DNA of 64,000 bases from Ranitomeya imitator. Taxonomy: Eukaryota. Position 1 is the first letter of the stretch. Each line of letters begins with the position of its first letter. The notes under the pieces were generated by a model. The model saw only the letters and a list, made by a program, of their open reading frames with translations. It ran no database searches and had not been told where the DNA came from. Both the position numbers and the translations under genes were made by a program. Below are positions 57,020-64,000 of this stretch, piece by piece. The DNA is taken from contig NC_091290.1 in NCBI RefSeq assembly GCF_032444005.1, positions 21,204,001-21,268,000 on the forward strand, read 5' to 3'.

Positions 57020-60000
57020 CACCTGATATACTGCTCACATATCATACACCGCACACCTGATATACTGCCACATATCATACACCGCACACCTGATATACTG
57101 CCACATATCATACACCGCACACCTGATATACTGCCACATATCATACACCGCACACCTGATATACTGCTCACATATCATACACCGCACACCTGATATACTG
57201 CTCACATATCATACACCGCACACCTGATATACTGCTCACATATCATACACCGCACACCTGATATACTGCTCACATATCATACACCGCACACCTGATATAC
57301 TGCCACATATCATACACCGCACACCTGATATACTGCCACATATCATACACCGCACACCTGATATACTGCTCACATATCATACACCGCACACCTGATATAC
57401 TGCCACATATCATACACCGCACACCTGATATACTGCCACATATCATACACCGCACACCTGATATACTGCTCACATATCATACACCGCACACCTGATATAC
57501 TGCTCACATATCATACACCGCACACCTGATATACTGCTCACATATCATACACCGCACACCTGATATACTGCTCACATATCATACACCGCACACCTGATAT
57601 ACTGCTCACATATCATACACCGCACACCTGATATACTGCCACATATCATACACCGCACACCTGATATACTGCCACATATCATACACCGCACACCTGATAT
57701 ACTGCTCACATATCATACACCGCACACCTGATATACTGCCACATATCATACACCGCACACCTGATATACTGCCACATATCATACACCGCACACCTGATAT
57801 ACTGCTCACATATCATACACCGCACACCTGATATACTGCTCACATATCATACACCGCACACCTGATATACTGCTCACATATCATACACCGCACACCTGAT
57901 ATACTGCCACATATCATACACCGCACACCTGATATACTGCCACATATCATACACCGCACACCTGATATACTGCTCACATATCATACACCGCACACCTGAT
58001 ATACTGCCACATATCATACACCGCACACCTGATATACTGCCACATATCATACACCGCACACCTGATATACTGCTCACATATCATACACCGCACACCTGAT
58101 ATACTGCTCACATATCATACACCGCACACCTGATATACTGCTCACATATCATACACCGCACACCTGATATACTGCCACATATCATACACCGCACACCTGA
58201 TATACTGCCACATATCATACACCGCACACCTGATATACTGCTCACATATCATACACCGCACACCTGATATACTGCTCACATATCATACACCGCACACCTG
58301 ATATACTGCCACATATCATACACCGCACACCTGATATACTGCTCACATATCATACACCGCACACCTGATATACTGCCACATATCATACACCGCACACCTG
58401 ATATACTGCCACATATCATACACCGCACACCTGATATACTGCCACATATCATACACCGCACACCTGATATACTGCTCACATATCATACACCGCACACCTG
58501 ATATACTGCTCACATATCATACACCGCACACCTGATATACTGCTCACATATCATACACCGCACACCTGATATACTGCTCACATATCATACACCGCACACC
58601 TGATATACTGCTCACATATCATACACCGCACACCTGATATACTGCTCACATATCATACACCGCACACCTGATATACTGCTCACATATCATACACCGCACA
58701 CCTGATATACTGCCACATATCATACACCGCACACCTGATATACTGCTCACATATCATACACCGCACACCTGATATACTGCTCACATATCATACACCGCAC
58801 ACCTGATATACTGCTCACATATCATACACCGCACACCTGATATACTGCCACATATCATACACCGCACACCTGATATACTGCCACATATCATACACCGCAC
58901 ACCTGATATACTGCTCACATATCATACACCGCACACCTGATATACTGCTCACATATCATACACCGCACACCTGATATACTGCCACATATCATACACCGCA
59001 CACCTGATATACTGCTCACATATCATACACCGCACACCTGATATACTGCCACATATCATACACCGCACACCTGATATACTGCCACATATCATACACCGCA
59101 CACCTGATATACTGCTCACATATCATACACCGCACACCTGATATACTGCCACATATCATACACCGCACACCTGATATACTGCTCACATATCATACACCGC
59201 ACACCTGATATACTGCCACATATCATACACCGCACACCTGATATACTGCTCACATATCATACACCGCACACCTGATATACTGCTCACATATCATACACCG
59301 CACACCTGATATACTGCTCACATATCATACACCGCACACCTGATATACTGCTCACATATCATACACCGCACACCTGATATACTGCTCACATATCATACAC
59401 CGCACACCTGATATACTGCTCACATATCATACACCGCACACCTGATATACTGCTCACATATCATACACCGCACACCTGATATACTGCTCACATATCATAC
59501 ACCGCACACCTGATATACTGCCACATATCATACACCGCACACCTGATATACTGCTCACATATCATACACCGCACACCTGATATACTGCTCACATATCATA
59601 CACCGCACACCTGATATACTGCTCACATATCATACACCGCACACCTGATATACTGCTCACATATCATACACCGCACACCTGATATACTGCTCACATATCA
59701 TACACCGCACACCTGATATACTGCTCACATATCATACACCGCACACCTGATATACTGCTCACATATCATACACCGCACACCTGATATACTGCTCACATAT
59801 CATACACCGCACACCTGATATACTGCTCACATATCATACACCGCACACCTGATATACTGCTCACATATCATACACCGCACACCTGATATACTGCTCACAT
59901 ATCATACACCGCACACCTGATATACTGCTCACATATCATACACCGCACACCTGATATACTGCTCACATATCATACACCGCACACCTGATATACTGCTCAC

Positions 60001-61740
60001 ATATCATACACCGCACACCTGATATACTGCTCACATATCATACACCGCACACCTGATATACTGCTCACATATCATACACCGCACACCTGATATACTGCTC
60101 ACATATCATACACCGCACACCTGATATACTGCTCACATATCATACACCGCACACCTGATATACTGCTCACATATCATACACCGCACACCTGATATACTGC
60201 TCACATATCATACACCGCACACCTGATATACTGCTCACATATCATACACCGCACACCTGATATACTGCTCACATATCATACACCGCACACCTGATATACT
60301 GCTCACATATCATACACCGCACACCTGATATACTGCTCACATATCATACACCGCACACCTGATATACTGCTCACATATCATACACCGCACACCTGATATA
60401 CTGCTCACATATCATACACCGCACACCTGATATACTGCTCACATATCATACACCGCACACCTGATATACTGCTCACATATCATACACCGCACACCTGATA
60501 TACTGCTCACATATCATACACCGCACACCTGATATACTGCTCACATATCATACACCGCACACCTGATATACTGCTCACATATCATACACCGCACACCTGA
60601 TATACTGCTCACATATCATACACCGCACACCTGATATACTGCTCACATATCATACACCGCACACCTGATATACTGCTCACATATCATACACCGCACACCT
60701 GATATACTGCTCACATATCATACACCGCACACCTGATATACTGCTCACATATCATACACCGCACACCTGATATACTGCCACATATCATACACCGCACACC
60801 TGATATACTGCCACATATCATACACCGCACACCTGATATACTGCTCACATATCATACACCGCACACCTGATATACTGCTCACATATCATACACCGCACAC
60901 CTGATATACTGCTCACATATCATACACCGCACACCTGATATACTGCTCACATATCATACACCGCACACCTGATATACTGCTCACATATCATACACCGCAC
61001 ACCTGATATACTGCTCACATATCATACACCGCACACCTGATATACTGCTCACATATCATACACCGCACACCTGATATACTGCTCACATATCATACACCGC
61101 ACACCTGATATACTGCTCACATATCATACACCGCACACCTGATATACTGCTCACATATCATACACCGCACACCTGATATACTGCCACATATCATACACCG
61201 CACACCTGATATACTGCTCACATATCATACACCGCACACCTGATATACTGCTCACATATCATACACCGCACACCTGATATACTGCTCACATATCATACAC
61301 CGCACACCTGATATACTGCTCACATATCATACACCGCACACCTGATATACTGCCACATATCATACACCGCACACCTGATATACTGCTCACATATCATACA
61401 CCGCACACCTGATATACTGCTCACATATCATACACCGCACACCTGATATACTGCTCACATATCATACACCGCACACCTGATATACTGCTCACATATCATA
61501 CACCGCACACCTGATATACTGCTCACATATCATACACCGCACACCTGATATACTGCTCACATATCATACACCGCACACCTGATATACTGCTCACATATCA
61601 TACACCGCACACCTGATATACTGCTCACATATCATACACCGCACACCTGATATACTGCTCACATATCATACACCGCACGCCTGATATACTGCCACATATC
61701 ATACACCGCACACCGGATATACTGCTCACATAGCATACGC
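57020..61740. repeat. 33/34-bp satellite (CACACCTGATATACTGC(T)CACATATCATACACCG), ~140 copies, ~4.7 kb
   Basis: Read directly; two variants (GCTCAC and GCCAC). Confidence 0.97.
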
Positions 61741-62122
61741 TGCACACAGGGGTGTAACTACAACAGGTGCAGAGGCTGCAATCGCACCCGGGCCCTGGAG
61801 CCTAGGGGGCCCTAAAAGTCCCTTTGGCCAAAAGAAAAAGACTATTGCTATTAAAGATTTAAAATATTTGAGGGGTCCCGTTGGCGCTTTCGCATCAGGG
61901 CCCATGAGTTTGAAGTTACGCCACCGACTGCACACATGATATACAGCACACTGATCGTACACATACCACACACCTGATATACAGCACACACACACCGTAC
62001 ACATATCATACACTGCACACCTGATATACAGCACACACACCGTACACGCGTTGCACGGCGTTAATTTCGCCGTGCAACGCTGTCCGTTCGCGCGGTCCCA
62101 TTAACGCAATGGGAACCTAGCC

Positions 62123-62915
62123 TAACCATCCCCTCCACAGTGCTGCACAGCCCTACATCTTCTACTCTGCTCTATCACTGTAACCATCCCCTCCACAGTG
62201 CTGCAGAGCCCTACATCTTCTACTCTGCTCTATCACTGTAACCATCCCCTCCACAGTTCTGCACAGCCCTACATCTTCTCCTCTGCTCGCTCTATCACTG
62301 TAACCATCCCCTCCACAGTGCTGCACAGCCCTACATCTTCTCCTCTGCTCGCTCTATCACAGTAACCATCCCCTCCACAGCCCTACATCTTCTACTCTGC
62401 TCTATCACTGTAACCATCCCCTCCACAGTTCTGCACAGCCCTACATCTTCTCCTCTGCTCGCTCTATCACTGTAACCATCCCCTCCACAGTGCTGCACAG
62501 CCCTACATCTTCTCCTCTGCTCGCTCTATCACAGTAACCATCCCCTCCACAGCCCTACATCTTCTACTCTGCTCTATCACTGTAACCATCCCCTCCACAG
62601 TGCTGCACCGTCCTACATCTTCTACTCTGCTCTATCACTGTAACCATCCTCTCCACAGTGCTGCACAGCCCTACATCTTCTCCTCTGCTCTATCACTGGA
62701 ACCATCCCCTTCACAGTGCTGCACAGCCCTACATCTTCTACTCTGCTCTATCACTGTAACCATCCCCTCCACAGTGCTGCATAGCCCTACATCTTCTCCT
62801 CTGCTCTATCACTGGAACCATCCCCTCCACAGTGCTGCACCGTCCTACATCTTCTACTCTGCTCTATCACTGGAACCATCCCCTCCACAGTGCTGCACAG
62901 CCCTACATCTTCTAC
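62123..62915. repeat. ~58-bp minisatellite (TAACCATCCCCTCCACAGTGCTGCACAGCCCTACATCTTCTACTCTGCTCTATCACTG), ~14 copies with length variants
   Basis: Read directly. Confidence 0.92.
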
Positions 62916-64000
62916 CACCCTACTCATGCTGTCCACAGTCCTGCACCGTCCTACATCTCCTCATCTCTATCACCGTACCCATGTTCTCCACCTGTGTTAA
63001 CAAACCCCCAAACAACCCTAATCACTCAAATATAATCCATCGGCGCTGGTTACTGACTTGTAATTAGCCCGTGTAAAAGGTTCATTACATTGCTCAACAC
63101 ATATCCTCCATGGCATCGTCTTTATTAATTCCCCAGAGAGCTGTCCCCACTGTACACGCTTTATACTCAATCAGCCCAATATTGCGCACATTTCACACAC
63201 CGGATACACGTGACCCGTCGTTACTCCGCACACACATCATACAAGTAACTGCATTAGGTTCATAGGAAAAGATCTATAGTAAAAGGTTGTAATCATTGAG
63301 AATTTGTATTCTTTTTTTTTTTTTTTTTCTACGTCGGATGGCAGGCAGGCCCCTTTAGTCAGGTTGTCCAGTTTAATAAACCTATCGAGTATATTTTGCA
63401 CACACAAAAAAAAGACAAAACAACCCATGTTGCAGTCATCGTGAATGAACCATTAGAGAAGGTCCTTGGCCAGAGATAAAGGCAACGACGAAGACCTTCC
63501 TTGAAGGTAAGGCCAACCAGAGAGGCTGGACTTCGGCTATATTTCACAGGCAATCACTTGGATCAGGCTGCTGAGAACTGTTCTTCTGCAAATCTAGGGA
63601 TTATTTTAAAAGCAAGAAAAAGACCACAAGAGCGGATCCGGCTGCGGCAATGCTGCTCCATTTGGCCTTACCCTTAGGTGTCCTCCATTAGGATCTCATT
63701 TAAGCTGGTGACTCCCAACGAGTCAATTAGTTGAGATCCCAAAGTGTTTTACCCAGCAGGCGTCACTTACAGCTGAAAATGCCGCATCTCTCACAACACA
63801 ACCCCTGAACCAGCAGTGAGAAGATGCTCCGCAGCCGGAAACCTGCAACATCCTGAATGCAGCTCTGGTTGTATAATGCAGCCGACCTCTCACGCCAGGT
63901 CAGTAGAATTATAGTATGTGCTATGGTAGTGAGCGCTCCAATAACTGACACGCTACGGTATGTCTAGTACATGGGGGTACAGGATGGGGGCATCACACAG

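Noticed and set aside
52455-62915. CRISPR-like appearance of regular 28-58-bp repeats
   Set aside because: Head-to-tail units without unique spacers, no cas genes, eukaryotic intronic context
62916-64000. Expected neighbouring gene SPTY2D1
   Set aside because: No recognisable coding exon in the window; a minus-strand AATAAA near 63121 alone is insufficient

Overview
Vertebrate genomic DNA, most likely an anuran amphibian (inferred from the repeat content; species cannot be fixed from sequence alone). It is intron-rich, with no prokaryotic features. The window covers the LDHA-TSG101-UEVLD synteny block: the last coding exon of LDHA (+), a complete 10-exon TSG101 (-, 392 aa) and a complete 12-exon UEVLD (-, 476 aa). 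Between TSG101 and UEVLD lies a third UEV-domain gene: a tandem partial duplicate of TSG101 comprising its promoter plus exons 1-5. All its splice sites and its reading frame are intact, and it is about 82% identical over the 145-aa UEV domain. It keeps the P(T/S)AP-binding groove, changes ubiquitin-contact Asn45, has lost the GPPX3Y motif and the ESCRT-I core/steadiness-box exons, and is followed by candidate new exons. This is the most interesting object here and may be a UEV decoy or an alternative UEV cassette. UEVLD intron 4 is a nested stack: a DIRS element containing L2, CR1, a MITE and a hAT, the hAT in turn containing an intact Tc1 and a Helitron. Several large minisatellites are present, one of which repeats the UEVLD exon-1 splice donor about 30 times. 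All exon coordinates and difference counts were worked out by hand.
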